DNA of 62,888 nucleotides, counting the filler, from Octopus bimaculoides (Eukaryota), in the NCBI RefSeq assembly GCF_001194135.2. It is 5 parts of 5 records of this genome, joined end to end, with 100 filler letters (N's around TTAATTAATTAA, not from the genome) between each part and the next. Parts side by side here need not be neighbours in the genome. Positions count along the whole stretch, not along the records: positions 1 to 22,798 come from NC_068989.1; 4 more parts are not named here. One strand, 5' to 3'. A model generated the notes under the pieces. The model saw only the letters and a program-made list of their open reading frames with translations, was not told where the DNA came from and ran no database searches. Shown one piece after another: positions 1-11,656 of this stretch. How positions within the stretch are numbered: position 1 is the first letter of the stretch; every line of letters begins with the position of its first letter. The translations under genes were made by a program, and so were the position numbers.

Positions 1-32
1 TTTTGTTTTTTTTGTTTTTTTTTCTTAAAAAT

Positions 33-75
<43 letters not shown>

Positions 76-131
76 TTAATAATGATATTATTAATATATA
101 ATTTGGAAAAAAAAAAAAAAACTGCAAACTT

Positions 132-267
132 CTAGGAGTAAAAAGTTAAAACACTCTTCTGGTTTCCTCTCAACAACAAAATTGGTGGCATGTCTCTTGT
201 GAGAGTATCTATCCAGGCCATGTAGAGACCAGATGAACAGGTGCCTTTTCGGGGCATTGGTAAAGTC
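132..267 (-). CDS. SLC12A2: SLC12A2/NKCC-like cation-chloride cotransporter, terminal coding exon
   Basis: After ctctcttttcag acceptor: (M)[44 protein letters not shown], matching the conserved NKCC/NCC C-terminus (LLxRGNxxSVLTFYS). Phase 2 matches the upstream exon. Confidence 0.95.
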
Positions 268-442
268 CTGAAAAGAGAGAGAAAACTAATTACAATACTT
301 ATTACCATTATTATTTTCTGAAAAGAAATATAACCATTATGAAAGTTCATTTACCAATTTATCCCTTACACTCTCCCAAATTTATTCAAGGTACAAATTC
401 ATTATTACTAATTTTTATTGTAACTAAGCACAATGAAGTTCT

Positions 443-668
443 CTTTACTCTTTTACTCTTTTACTTGTTTCAGTCATTTGACTGCGGCCATGCTGGGCAC
501 CACCTTTAGTCGAGCAAATCGACCCCAGGTTGTATTCTTTGTAAGCCTAGTACTTATTCTATTGGTCTCTTTTTGCCGAACCACTAAGTTACGGGGACGT
601 AAACACACCAGCATCAGTTGTCAAGCGATGTTGGGAGGACAAACACAGGCACACAAGCACACACACAC

Positions 669-702
<34 letters not shown>

Positions 703-859
703 GACGGGCTTCTTTCAGTTTCCGTCTACCAGATCCACTCACAAGGCTTTGGTCGGCCCAAGGCTATAGTAGAAGACATTTGCCCAAGATGCCATGCAGT
801 GGGACTGAACCCAGAACCATGTGGTTGGTAAGCAAGCTACTTATCACACAGCCACTCCT
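443..859 (-). mobile_element. Full-length tRNA-derived CORE-type SINE (family A) with internal (TA)/(CA) microsatellite
   Basis: tRNA-like head (gtggctgtg..ggtaag, ggttcagtccc), CORE-like accttgggcaa segment, internal microsatellite and (GAGTAAAA)n tail. Many similar copies in the window. Confidence 0.85.
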
Positions 860-1328
860 GAAGCATTTTTCTTTTTTGTTGTTTTGGTGATGGATGAGTG
901 TGACATTGAAAGCAGACTTATAAACACGAAACACATAAACACACATATCCAGGATCAAAGATACACAGAAAGAGTAAAGAGGGACAGACAGAAATATTGT
1001 TTCTAGAATAGGTACAAAGCCAAAAATTTTGGAGGAAAGGAAGAGTTTATAATATTGATACCATACATTGCTGGTACTTTATTTCGTGACTCCTGAGAGA
1101 ATGAAGTGCAAAGATGACCTCGGCAAGATTTGAACATAAAACGTTAGGAGCCGAAATTAAATGCCACACAGCATTCTGCTCCAGAATTTACCGTTTATAC
1201 CAGTCGTATGAAAATGCATGGAAATGAAAGCGTAGTGTGAAGGAGTTATCTCCCTTCGTACTATCAGCGAAAGATTTTCGTATTAAGATACACACACACT
1301 AACATACTCTCTCTCTCTCTCTCTTTCT

Positions 1329-1370
<42 letters not shown>

Positions 1371-1795
1371 ATAATTTTTCTCAAACAAGACTTTATTTAT
1401 TATTTCAGCTAGTAATTATGAGCGTCTTCATGTGTGTGTGTATACGGCGGGTGCTGNNNNNNNNNNNNNNNNNNNNNNNNNNNNNNNNNNNNNNNNNNNN
1501 NNNNNNNNNNNNNNNNNNNNNNNNNNNNNNNNNNNNNNNNNNNNNNNNNNNNNNNNNNNNNNNNNNNNNNNNNNNNNNNNNNNNNNNNNNNNNNNNNNNN
1601 NNNNNNNNNNNNNNNNNNNNNNNNNNNNNNNNNNNNNNNNNNNNNNNNNNNNNNNNNNNNNNNNNNNNNNNNNNNNNNNNNNNNNNNNNNNNNNNNNNNN
1701 NNNNNNNNNNNNNNNNNNNNNNNNNNNNNNNNNNNNNNNNNNNNNNNNNNNNNNNNNNNNNNNNNNNNNNNNNNNNNNNNNNNNNNNNNNNNNNN

Positions 1796-1827
<32 letters not shown>

Positions 1828-2475
1828 CGAATGGTTTTGATAAGCGGTGTTGAGTTTTACAATTCTGTAAATAATAAAAATGGTACTTTTTTTTTATAAG
1901 CTTACAGCTTATAGCAATCACCATGCAAACGACTAAGGAAAACAGTCTAATAATGGGGCTTATAAGCCCTCGACAGAAAAAAATTGGCTTTCCCATACGC
2001 ATGGGAAACGAACCCTCATCCCTTTCTTAATGCAACTAAGTTTATTACCAATTACACGTGTAGAGAAAAGTCTGCAAAAAAGGGCTAACACCCCAAAACC
2101 ATGTGATCCTAAAGCAAATTTCTAAACCACAAACCTACAAAATCTATATCTCTCCGAGAGAGTGTATGTGTGATTAATATAAGAGTGAAATGGCAAAAAA
2201 TTCATGTTTTGTTCAGAGTTGTGGTGACCGTCTCAGTTACTTCCCTTTGCTCTCGATGCGGTTCTGCCATCATTGAGGCAGATAATAGATTAAGTTTCCA
2301 GAATAATTCACACATACACAATAAAAAAAAAATGTAAAAGAAGTCCCCAACACAGTAGTAAGTTCAATGAAAGAAACCAGTCAACAAATATAACACAAAA
2401 TAAAAATAATAAATCTTCATGTGCTGAAAAAATAAAAGGAAATAGCTGAAGTAAGAAAACATTTGTGTTACTTAC

Positions 2476-2543
2476 ATAACAATTAAACTGGCCTCAGAGG
2501 AGTGTTGCAACAATAACTCCCTTAATCGTATGTGTCGGTTTGT
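2476..2543 (-). CDS. SLC12A2: SLC12A2-like internal exon
   Basis: ttctcttcag|TNRHIRLRELLLQHSSEASLIV+AT|gtaagt. 68 bp, phase 0 to 2; matches the NKCC TxRxxRLxELL.xHS motif. Not in the ORF track. Confidence 0.93.
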
Positions 2544-3011
2544 CTGAAGAGAAAGTAGGGGTAAGTATTTATTATTATTATAGTTGATGATGATGACAAC
2601 AACAATGACAAAATGATGATGAGGAGGAGGAGGATAATGATGATGTTGATGATGATGATGAATATGGTGGTGATGATGACAATAAGTTGTATTATTTGAT
2701 AGCAGGGCAACAAGTTGAGAATGACAATCACAAACACAACAAAACTATTTAACATAAGAGATCAAATTGATGGGTTGAAATTTGTATGTGTAACAAAGAT
2801 GTGTCATTGATCATTAAGACAATAAATTACAATTTATTTAAAAATATAATGATGTATTCATTATAATGCTAACAATATTTAATTATTCACTGCATTGTAG
2901 AATATATATGTTACAATGGCAACAATTATGTGTAGCTTAAGAGAAATGCTAATTTGAATTGTAACCTCTCTCTCTCTCTTTATCTATCTATCTATCTATC
3001 TATCTATCTTA

Positions 3012-3240
3012 TTTCTTTACTGCCCACAAGGGGCTAAACATAGAGAGCACAAACAAGGACACACAAAGGTAATAAGTTGATTACATCGAACCCTGTGCGT
3101 AACTGGTACTTATTTAATCGACCCCGAAAGGATGAAAGGCTAAGTCGACCTTGGCAGAATTTGAACTCAGAATGTAGCTGCAGACGAAATACCGCCAAGC
3201 ATTTCACCTGGCGTGCTAACATTTATGCCAGCTTGCTGCC
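3012..3240 (-). mobile_element. SINE family B
   Basis: Shares ctgagttcaaattc..ggtcgact..cctttcatcctttcggggtcgat..aagtaccag with 4184-4410, 22970-23380, 24460-24660, 25600-26050 and 61770-61972. Confidence 0.85.
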
Positions 3241-3773
3241 TTTCTATCTATCTATCTCCTTCTGGGTGTGTATATCTGTCTATGATAAATTGCCATTCAA
3301 ATAGTGAGAGAGAACGATTATGGCTTCTGACAAGGAGATGCTCGGAGGAAATAAGTGGTCAGTGAGGTGTCAACATTTAGACCTTATGACTGAAACAATG
3401 TGTAAAAACATTTAAAAAGAATATAGTTACACACACAAATTTGTAGCAAAAAACAAAACATTTAGTGGCAGTAGGGCTCAATACTTTTAGTAGGGTAAAA
3501 TTTACTAACATTAAGTTGACTTTGTACACACACACACACACACACACAAATACATGATACATATATTAGTACTTTTTTATACAACTGATGCACATATAGG
3601 AATGAAAATTAAATTTCCTGTGTAATTTAAGTGATAATCCAAAAGAAATAATAAGATAGGTACCTACCTAAATATAAATAATGAATTAAAAAATGGTTTT
3701 TGTTTTTGTTTTTCTTAACATATCACTAATTAAACAATGCTTCTTGTGTATTAAGGCATGGTGAACAACCTAC

Positions 3774-3891
3774 CTTATCTTTAAGAAGTTTCAATTGGTC
3801 ACGAGTTGTTTTCCATGGATACTTCTCTTTAGTTTCCCCTTTCTCTTCATCCAAGATGAAACCTTCAAGAAGATTGTCAAATTCTTGCCTC
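3774..3891 (-). CDS. SLC12A2: SLC12A2-like internal exon
   Basis: cttattcag|G RQEFDNLLEGFILDEEKGETKEKYPWKTTRDQLKLLKDK|gtaggt. 118 bp, phase 2 to 0; PW motif at the expected position. Confidence 0.9.
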
Positions 3892-4183
3892 CTGAATAAG
3901 AAAATAATGGAAAGATTCAATTATTATAATGTGAATACGGTTGGCTGCCAAAATCAACAAGGTCCTTTAAAAGATAGGGAAAGAGAGCGAAACATTATAT
4001 CCCCCACAACCACCACCACCACTTAATCCATTTGTAATTATTAGTCTTTTACTCAAAGAAGAAATCTCATTTTGACAGAGGCGATAAAGTAATGGACAAG
4101 AATATTCTTCAGTATTTGGCTACATTTGACTATGTTCTGAATACAAAACCTCTAAAAGTTGACTTTTCCTTTATTTTCCTTTC

Positions 4184-4410
4184 TTATTTCTGTATTGCCC
4201 ACAAGGGGCTAAACATAGGGGGGACAAACAAGGACAGACAAAGGGATTAAGTCGATTACATCAACCCCAGTGCGCAACTGGAACTTAATTTATCGACCCC
4301 CAAAAGGATGAAAGGCAAAGTCGACCTCGGCGGAATTTGAACTCAGAACGTAACTGCAGACGAAATACCGCTAAGCATTTCTGGCGTGCTTACGTTTCTG
4401 CCTGCTCGCC
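4184..4410 (-). mobile_element. SINE family B
   Basis: Close homologue of 3012-3240 and 61770-61972. Confidence 0.85.
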
Positions 4411-4559
4411 GCCTTTTCCTTTATTTTCCTTTCTAGGAGGTTGATCACAGATTTCTCGCAGAGATGCAAGCCAGCATGGACAAGAGATGTTATATGATGA
4501 TGATGATGACAAGACATGCTGCTGTCCTTCTGCCATGCTTTCCTATCCTTCAGTACTAA

Positions 4560-4810
4560 ACCCACTCAGCTGAGGGTGTCTTGTCTTGTGTGTACTTGTT
4601 GACCTCACCCAGTGTTGGTACCATGATAAAAAGCACCCGCTGCACTTTGTGAAGTGGTTGGTAAGTAGGAAAGGGATCAAGCTGTAAGAACCATAACAGA
4701 GCAGGCACTAGAACTTGGCACAGCTCTCTTCTTCCTCTTCGTATTGAACCATCCAATGCACACCATAATGGAAAAAGGATGTTGATGATGATAATGATGA
4801 GGAGGAGGAC
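4560..4810 (+). mobile_element. SINE family C ((GAT)n-tailed)
   Basis: aaaaagcacc..gtggttgg..aggaagg..ca(a)gctgta body ending in tccaa..catggaaaa..gatgatgat. Confidence 0.7.
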
Positions 4811-5244
4811 GAAGAAGAAATTTTAAGGGCTGCCAATTGGCAGACTCATCAAAGCACCAGACAAAAATGCCTTGTGGTATGTAGTTACGGCCCTTTACTT
4901 CCCGAGTTCAAATCTTGCTCTTCAACTTTGCCTCTTATTTTCTGGATCAATAAAAAAAACAACAGTTAAAGGCTGAAGCTGGTTTAATCAATTATAACTT
5001 CCACTAACACACACACACACAAACATACAAAAAAATATAATGTCATTGTCTGCCAATATTACAAATCAACATGATTAGAGTCCTCAATATCCATATAAAT
5101 ATTTAGGGAACCTTGCCAACACTCTTTACTTCGCAGATAAATCAATAACTGATTCCATCTGAGACTGGCTGAAAAGAGGAAATATTACCAAAATACGACA
5201 GAGGGAAAATGTCTACGAATAAACCAATGATAATTCCAACTTAC

Positions 5245-5331
5245 TTCTCTTTCCGCGGAATCTTGCCAACATCTGGAATCACAGTCATATCTTTGCATTC
5301 TATACGGAATTTGCTTAGCAACGTTGCAAGT
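5245..5331 (-). CDS. SLC12A2: SLC12A2-like internal exon
   Basis: tccatttag|A LATLLSKFRIECKDMTVIPDVGKIPRKE AA|gtaagt. 87 bp; LLSKFRI is the NKCC signature. Confidence 0.94.
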
Positions 5332-5544
5332 CTAAATGGAAGGAAAAAAAATAAAAATAAATAGAAATAAAAGAATCACTTGAATTCAACAGAATGAGTG
5401 GAATGATGGGCAAAAAAAAAAAAAAGAAATGTGGGTATTTAGTTGCATCTCTTTACAATTTGAGTTCAAATCCTGTGACATTCATGCTTTTAAAAGAAGT
5501 ACTTAAAAAGTTTAGCCCTTTTGTTACTATGTAGGTGTAGGTGA

Positions 5545-6045
5545 GTATGGGTGGTAAGAAACTTGCATCCTGATCACATGGTTCCGGGTTCAGTTCCACT
5601 GCGTGACACCTTGGGCAAGTGTCTTCTACTATAGCCTCGGGCCGACCAAAGCCTTGTGAGTAGATTTGGTAGACGGAAACTGAAAGAAGCCCATCACACA
5701 CACACATATAGTGAAGACATATGGCCTAATGGTTAGATTGTTGCACTTACAATTAGTAGATCATGGGTTCGATTCCCAGGCCTTGCAGTGCATTNNNNNN
5801 NNNNTATATATATATATATATGTATGAGTGTGTATATGTTTGTCCCCCCAACATCGCTTGACAACCGATAGTGGTGTGTTTACATCCCCGTAACTTAGTG
5901 GTTTGGCAAAAGAAACCGATAGAATGAATACTAGGCTTACAAAGAATAAGTCCTGGGGGCGATTTGCTCGACTAAATGTGGTGCTCCAGCATGGCCGCAG
6001 TCAAATGACTGAAACAAGTAAAAGAGTAAAAAAGTAAAGAGTATA
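5545..6045 (+). mobile_element. SINE family A interrupted by a gap and a partial duplicate
   Basis: Head ggtggtaagaaacttgc..ggttcagttcc, CORE-like segment, 3' half and gtaaaaga tail. Confidence 0.8.
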
Positions 6046-6390
6046 GCCTAAAGTAAACCAAAGCCTTGTGAGTGGACCTGACAGATGGAAACTGAAAGAA
6101 GCCCATCACACACACACATATAGTGAAGACATATGGCCTAATGGTTAGATTGTTGCACTTACAATTAGTAGATCATGGGTTCGATTCCCAGGCCTTGCAG
6201 TGCATTGTGTTCTTGAACAAGACACTTCATTTTACATTGCTTCATTCCTCCTTCTCAACCAATGGTAAATGTTGGCTTGCTCAACCAGCCAGCAGGACGG
6301 CACCATTCAAGACTAAAATGATGCAAAGCACATTGTGACTAGCGATGTGTAACAACACCTGATAGTCTGGTCAGCCAAGTGATCACATGG

Positions 6391-6426
<36 letters not shown>

Positions 6427-7448
6427 GCACGGGCATGCGTATATATGTTTGTCTGTCTGTCCCCTACCACTACTTGACAACTGATGTTGGTGTGTTTATG
6501 TCCTCGTAACTTGGCAGTTCAGCAAGAGACTAATAAAATAAGTATGAGGCTTAAAAAATAAAACAAGGACTGAGGTCGATTCATTCGACTAACAATTCTT
6601 CAAAGCAGCGCTTCAGAATGGCCAGAATCAAATGACTGAAACAAGTGAAAGATGAAAGATAGGGGTCTGTCATAAGCCTCAGGACTCATAAGGCCAGAAC
6701 TTAGCCAGGTTTCCACAGCATACAAGTCACTGGAATTACAATGCTCCCGATACTGCTAAACATGGAACTAGTCCATCGCAAGCTCAACTTCCCGACGACT
6801 ACAACTAAACCTCATTTATATTTGAGTGGATTGAACCAACATGAAATGAAGTGTTTTGTCGAAGAACACAATACACCATCCAGGAATTGAAACTATGATC
6901 TTATAATCATGAGTGAAACGCACTAACCTGGTGGTCACTGGTTCATCACAGAATCAACTTCGCAGCATCTGCTAGAACTCATTTACAGCTTGGCAGATTG
7001 AAGCAAAATGAAATGAAATGTTTTGTCCAAGAACACAATACACAGCCTAGTCCAGGAATTGAAACCATAATCTTATTATCATGAGTGCATCTAACCACTA
7101 GGCCATGTGCCATCACTTTTGTTATAGAAAATGATGAAGCATTTAGATGTCCAGACTCCGATTGCCTGTTGTGGCATGGTTTCTACAGCTGGATGCCCTT
7201 CCTAAAACCAACCATTCTACAGAGTGTACTGGGTGTTTTCTACATGCCACCAGCACAAGTGCATTTTATGTGGCACCAACACCTCCATGTATGGATGACT
7301 GCCATTTTACTCAGCTTGATGCATCTTCTCAGGAACATCAAATCACTACAACTCCCAGTCCCTTGTATTGTAATTTCCTCAAAAACGTTTTAAGACACAT
7401 GCAAAAAGTAAATAGCATATACTGGAAAGTTCTGGGCTGTTGACTTAC

Positions 7449-7563
7449 TGTCGCTGTTCACGATCCAGTTCTCCCTTCTTGGTCCCAGCAGTAAATACCC
7501 GTAACTTGTTTTTATTCCAGTTAGATTCCAGGGAAATCAAGTATGGAATCAACAGAGTCAGAC
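7449..7563 (-). CDS. SLC12A2: SLC12A2-like internal exon
   Basis: ttttaccag|(G)LTLLIPYLISLESNWNKNKLRVFTAGTKKGELDREQR CA|gtaagt. 115 bp, phase 1 to 2; continues DDGG-LTLLIPY. Confidence 0.95.
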
Positions 7564-7915
7564 CTGGTAAAAGAAAGAAAAGAAATGTTAGCCACAAACA
7601 TCCATGAGGGGAAAAATACTAAAACAACTAAGAAAGTTGCAGAGAAAAAAAAAAAGATACATGCATGATAGGTAGGGACTTATGCAATCCAATGTTAGGG
7701 GAAGAAAAAAACTAGGCATAGTGGGAGTGGTGAGATGGGGTGTGTTATATGGATCAAGTGTTTGTACATCTGGTACTTATTTAGCAGTCTCATTTACTGA
7801 ACCATTAACTTATGGGAATGGAAACAAACCAAATCAGTTGTACAATAGTGGTAATGGGAGACAAACATGCACACTCACACACAAACACACACACACATAC
7901 ATATATGTATAAGTA

Positions 7916-7948
<33 letters not shown>

Positions 7949-8039
7949 GGGAGAATATACAAAAAATAACAACAGACGAGGACAGGTGGTGTAAATAACA
8001 AAAGTATATATTAGTATGACGCTCGGGAATACGGAAAGT

Positions 8040-8074
8040 CTTTGACGTTTCGAGCTACGCTCTTCAACAGAAAG
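8040..8074 (-). ncRNA. Minimal hammerhead-ribozyme-like motif
   Basis: CUUU-CUGUUGA-A-GAGC gua GCUC-GAA-ACGU-C-AAAG: stem I, stem II and palindromic stem III all pair; core deviates at A6. Confidence 0.55.
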
Positions 8075-10655
8075 AATACGGAGACAAGGAGAAAAACACG
8101 GAGAAAAAAAATTGAATAGTGTTCAGTCAACGGTCAATCATAATAATCTATATATATATATANNNNNNNNNNNNNNNNNNNNNNNNNNNNNNNNNNNNNN
8201 NNNNNNNNNNNNNNNNNNNNNNNNNNNNNNNNNNNNNNNNNNNNNNNNNNNNNNNNNNNNNNNNNNNNNNNNNNNNNNNNNNNNNNNNNNNNNNNNNNNN
8301 NNNNNNNNNNNNNNNNNNNNNNNNNNNNNNNNNNNNNNNNNNNNNNNNNNNNNNNNNNNNNNNNNNNNNNNNNNNNNNNNNNNNNNNNNNNNNNNNNNNN
8401 NNNNNNNNNNNNNNNNNNNNNNNNNNNNNNNNNNNNNNNNNNNNNNNNNNNNNNNNNNNNNNNNNNNNNNNNNNNNNNNNNNNNNNNNNNNNNNNNNNNN
8501 NNNNNNNNNNNNNNNNNNNNNNNNNNNNNNNNNNNNNNNNNNNNNNNNNNNNNNNNNNNNNNNNNNNNNNNNNNNNNNNNNNNNNNNNNNNNNNNNNNNN
8601 NNNNNNNNNNNNNNNNNNNNNNNNNNNNNNNNNNNNNNNNNNNNNNNNNNNNNNNNNNNNNNNNNNNNNNNNNNNNNNNNNNNNNNNNNNNNNNNNNNNN
8701 NNNNNNNNNNNNNNNNNNNNNNNNNNNNNNNNNNNNNNNNNNNNNNNNNNNNNNNNNNNNNNNNNNNNNNNNNNNNNNNNNNNNNNNNNNNNNNNNNNNN
8801 NNNNNNNNNNNNNNNNNNNNNNNNNNNNNNNNNNNNNNNNNNNNNNNNNNNNNNNNNNNNNNNNNNNNNNNNNNNNNNNNNNNNNNNNNNNNNNNNNNNN
8901 NNNNNNNNNNNNNNNNNNNNNNNNNNNNNNNNNNNNNNNNNNNNNNNNNNNNNNNNNNNNNNNNNNNNNNNNNNNNNNNNNNNNNNNNNNNNNNNNNNNN
9001 NNNNNNNNNNNNNNNNNNNNNNNNNNNNNNNNNNNNAAAATGGGACAAGAACGCAAAACATCCAGACAGTTAGGTGATACAAAAAAGGGGACAGCAAAGC
9101 ATTCAGATAGCCGATACAGAGAAAACATGGGATGGGTCATTCGGAGTTTTCTTTCCTCAGTCGAGTTCCAGATTATTTTTGCAATTTCGGCTGGTTCTAG
9201 TCTCTTATATATATATATATAAATAATACAGAATGGGACAAGAACGCAAAACATCAAGACAGTTAGGTGATACAAGAAAGGGACAAAACATCCAAATAGA
9301 CGATACAAAGAAAACACGGACAGATCATTCGGAGTTTTCTCTCTTCAGTCAAGATCCAGATTATCCTTGCAATTTCGGCTGGTTATACTCGATATTGCTC
9401 CAATCTATATACATACACACATACAAACATATATATATACATCATATTTTAACGTGTATAAGGAATCCATCTTTGTCAAAAATTAGGTTGAAAATATATA
9501 GGAGTTTCTTATACATGAATAGTATTATAATCCCCAACAAAACCTTTTTCCAAATTTTAAGACCCAAAAATTAGGAGCTTCCTTATAAGCACTTAAATGC
9601 GGTATTAGTGTGTGTGTATACATACACATAAATATATATATACATACACACATATATGTACAAAAACACATTATATACATATATATATATATGTGCGTGT
9701 GTGTGTGTGTGTGTGTATACATACACATAAATATATATATATATATACACACATATATGTACAAAGATACATTATATACATATGTGTGTGTGTGTGTGTG
9801 TGTGTATACATACACACGTGTGCATACATACATACATACACACACATACATACATACATACACACACATACACACATACACACACATAACAGGCTTCCCA
9901 CTCAGAAAGCTTTGGTCAGCTCGAGACGATAGCAGAAGACACTCGCTCAAGGTACTGGGTAGTGGGACAGAATCTAAATCTGTGTAGTCACACAGTGATC
10001 TTCTTAACCACATAACCAAGAAAAAAAGGGGGGGGGGGGGAGAAAGGGGATAAAAAATATCTGTCTCTTATGATGATAACTGTCACAAATTACAAACATT
10101 CACTGATTCCAAATGATTTTCTGTAACATTGGCCTTTTATGTAGAGCCAGGAGAAAAATCTATATTTTAGCAGTGATTACAGAGAGACAGAGACAGAAAG
10201 ACAAATTCTGGATACAGAGAGCTGGGGAGGCAGGGGGGGAGGCAGAGAGAGACAGGCAAACAGGCAGAGGTTGGCAGACAAGCAGGTAGACAGATGGATG
10301 GATGGATGGATGGATGGATGGATGGATGGATGAATAGATGTATGTATGTATTGATTGATTGAGTGAGGGAGAGACTGATGTAAATACTAAGCCAGATGTA
10401 TTGACAAACAGTCATATGTAACGGCAGGCAAACAGGAAGGAAGACATAAACACTCATAGAGGGAGCCACAAATAAAGAGATATACTGACAAGCATTTGGA
10501 GACAGACATAAATACCAATAGACATATATATATATATATATATATANNNNNNNNNNNNNNNNNNNNNNNNNNNNNNNNNNNNNNNNNNNNNNNNNNNNNN
10601 NNNNNNNNNNNNNNNCATCATTTAATGTTTACCTTCCATACTGGCATGGGTTGGA

Positions 10656-10701
<46 letters not shown>

Positions 10702-11089
10702 ATGGTAAACAATTTGGAGAAATAAGTATAAGCTGATTAGTGTGTTTAAATGCTGAATAGAGCATCAACACAGTTTAGGTTACCTGTTGTCATTCGCAGA
10801 GAAGGAAAAAAAATACATGCATGATAGGTAGGGACTTGTACAATCCGATGTTTGGGGAAGAAAGAACTAGGCACTAAAAATCTGTTGAGAGACATCTTTA
10901 TCAATGTACTTGAAAAGACCCAGACTGATGGGTCAAAACATATGTACACACATAGAGAAAGACACACAGACAGACAGGGCAAGAGACTTGCATATACAGA
11001 CAGACAGGCAAAAGTAAACTTAGATAGAGAGAAGAACAGACAGACAGAGACAAGCAGGTAGCAACAGATTTGCATGACAGCCCTGCATC

Positions 11090-11490
11090 GTAGTCATAGT
11101 CAATGACGGTGCCATGTAAATTGGCACCTGGGAATCGTGGTAGTTGGTGGTGCCATGTAAATGATACCCGTGCATTGTAGCCATGGTTGTTGCCTGTGCC
11201 ATGTAAACGGCACCCACCCATGAATCATAGACATGGTCATTGATGGTGCCATGTAAGAGGCACCCACCCATGAATGGTAGTTGTGGTCTTTGTGCTGGTG
11301 ACATGTAAATGGCACGTAAAAGCACCCATTACACTCCTGGAGTGGTTGATATTAGGAAGGGCATCCAGCTGTAGAAACCATGCCAAATCAGACTGGAACC
11401 CGGTGTAGCCCTCCAGCTCATCAGATCCTGTCAACCCATCTAACCCATGCCAGAATAGAGAGCAGATGTTAAATGATGATGATGAAGATG
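11090..11490 (+). mobile_element. SINE family C carrying an expanded palindromic array
   Basis: Five GGTGCCATGTAAA..GGCACC units followed by the standard aggaagggcatccagctgtagaaac body and (GAT)n tail. Confidence 0.8.
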
Positions 11491-11656
11491 AGAGAGGGAG
11501 AGGTGGAAACAGACAAATATGTGTACTGACACACAGAAAGACAGAAAAAAAAAGACGTAAAGACAGGGGTAGACAAATACTGAGAAATAGACAAACAGAC
11601 ATAGAGATACACACACAAATACACGCACGGAAAGACAGGCAGACATATGTGAATAC

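Noticed and set aside
11108-11316. True CRISPR array
   Set aside because: Eukaryotic intron, no cas genes, repeats diverged, spacers related to each other, and the array sits inside a SINE. Kept as a finding for the repeat structure only.
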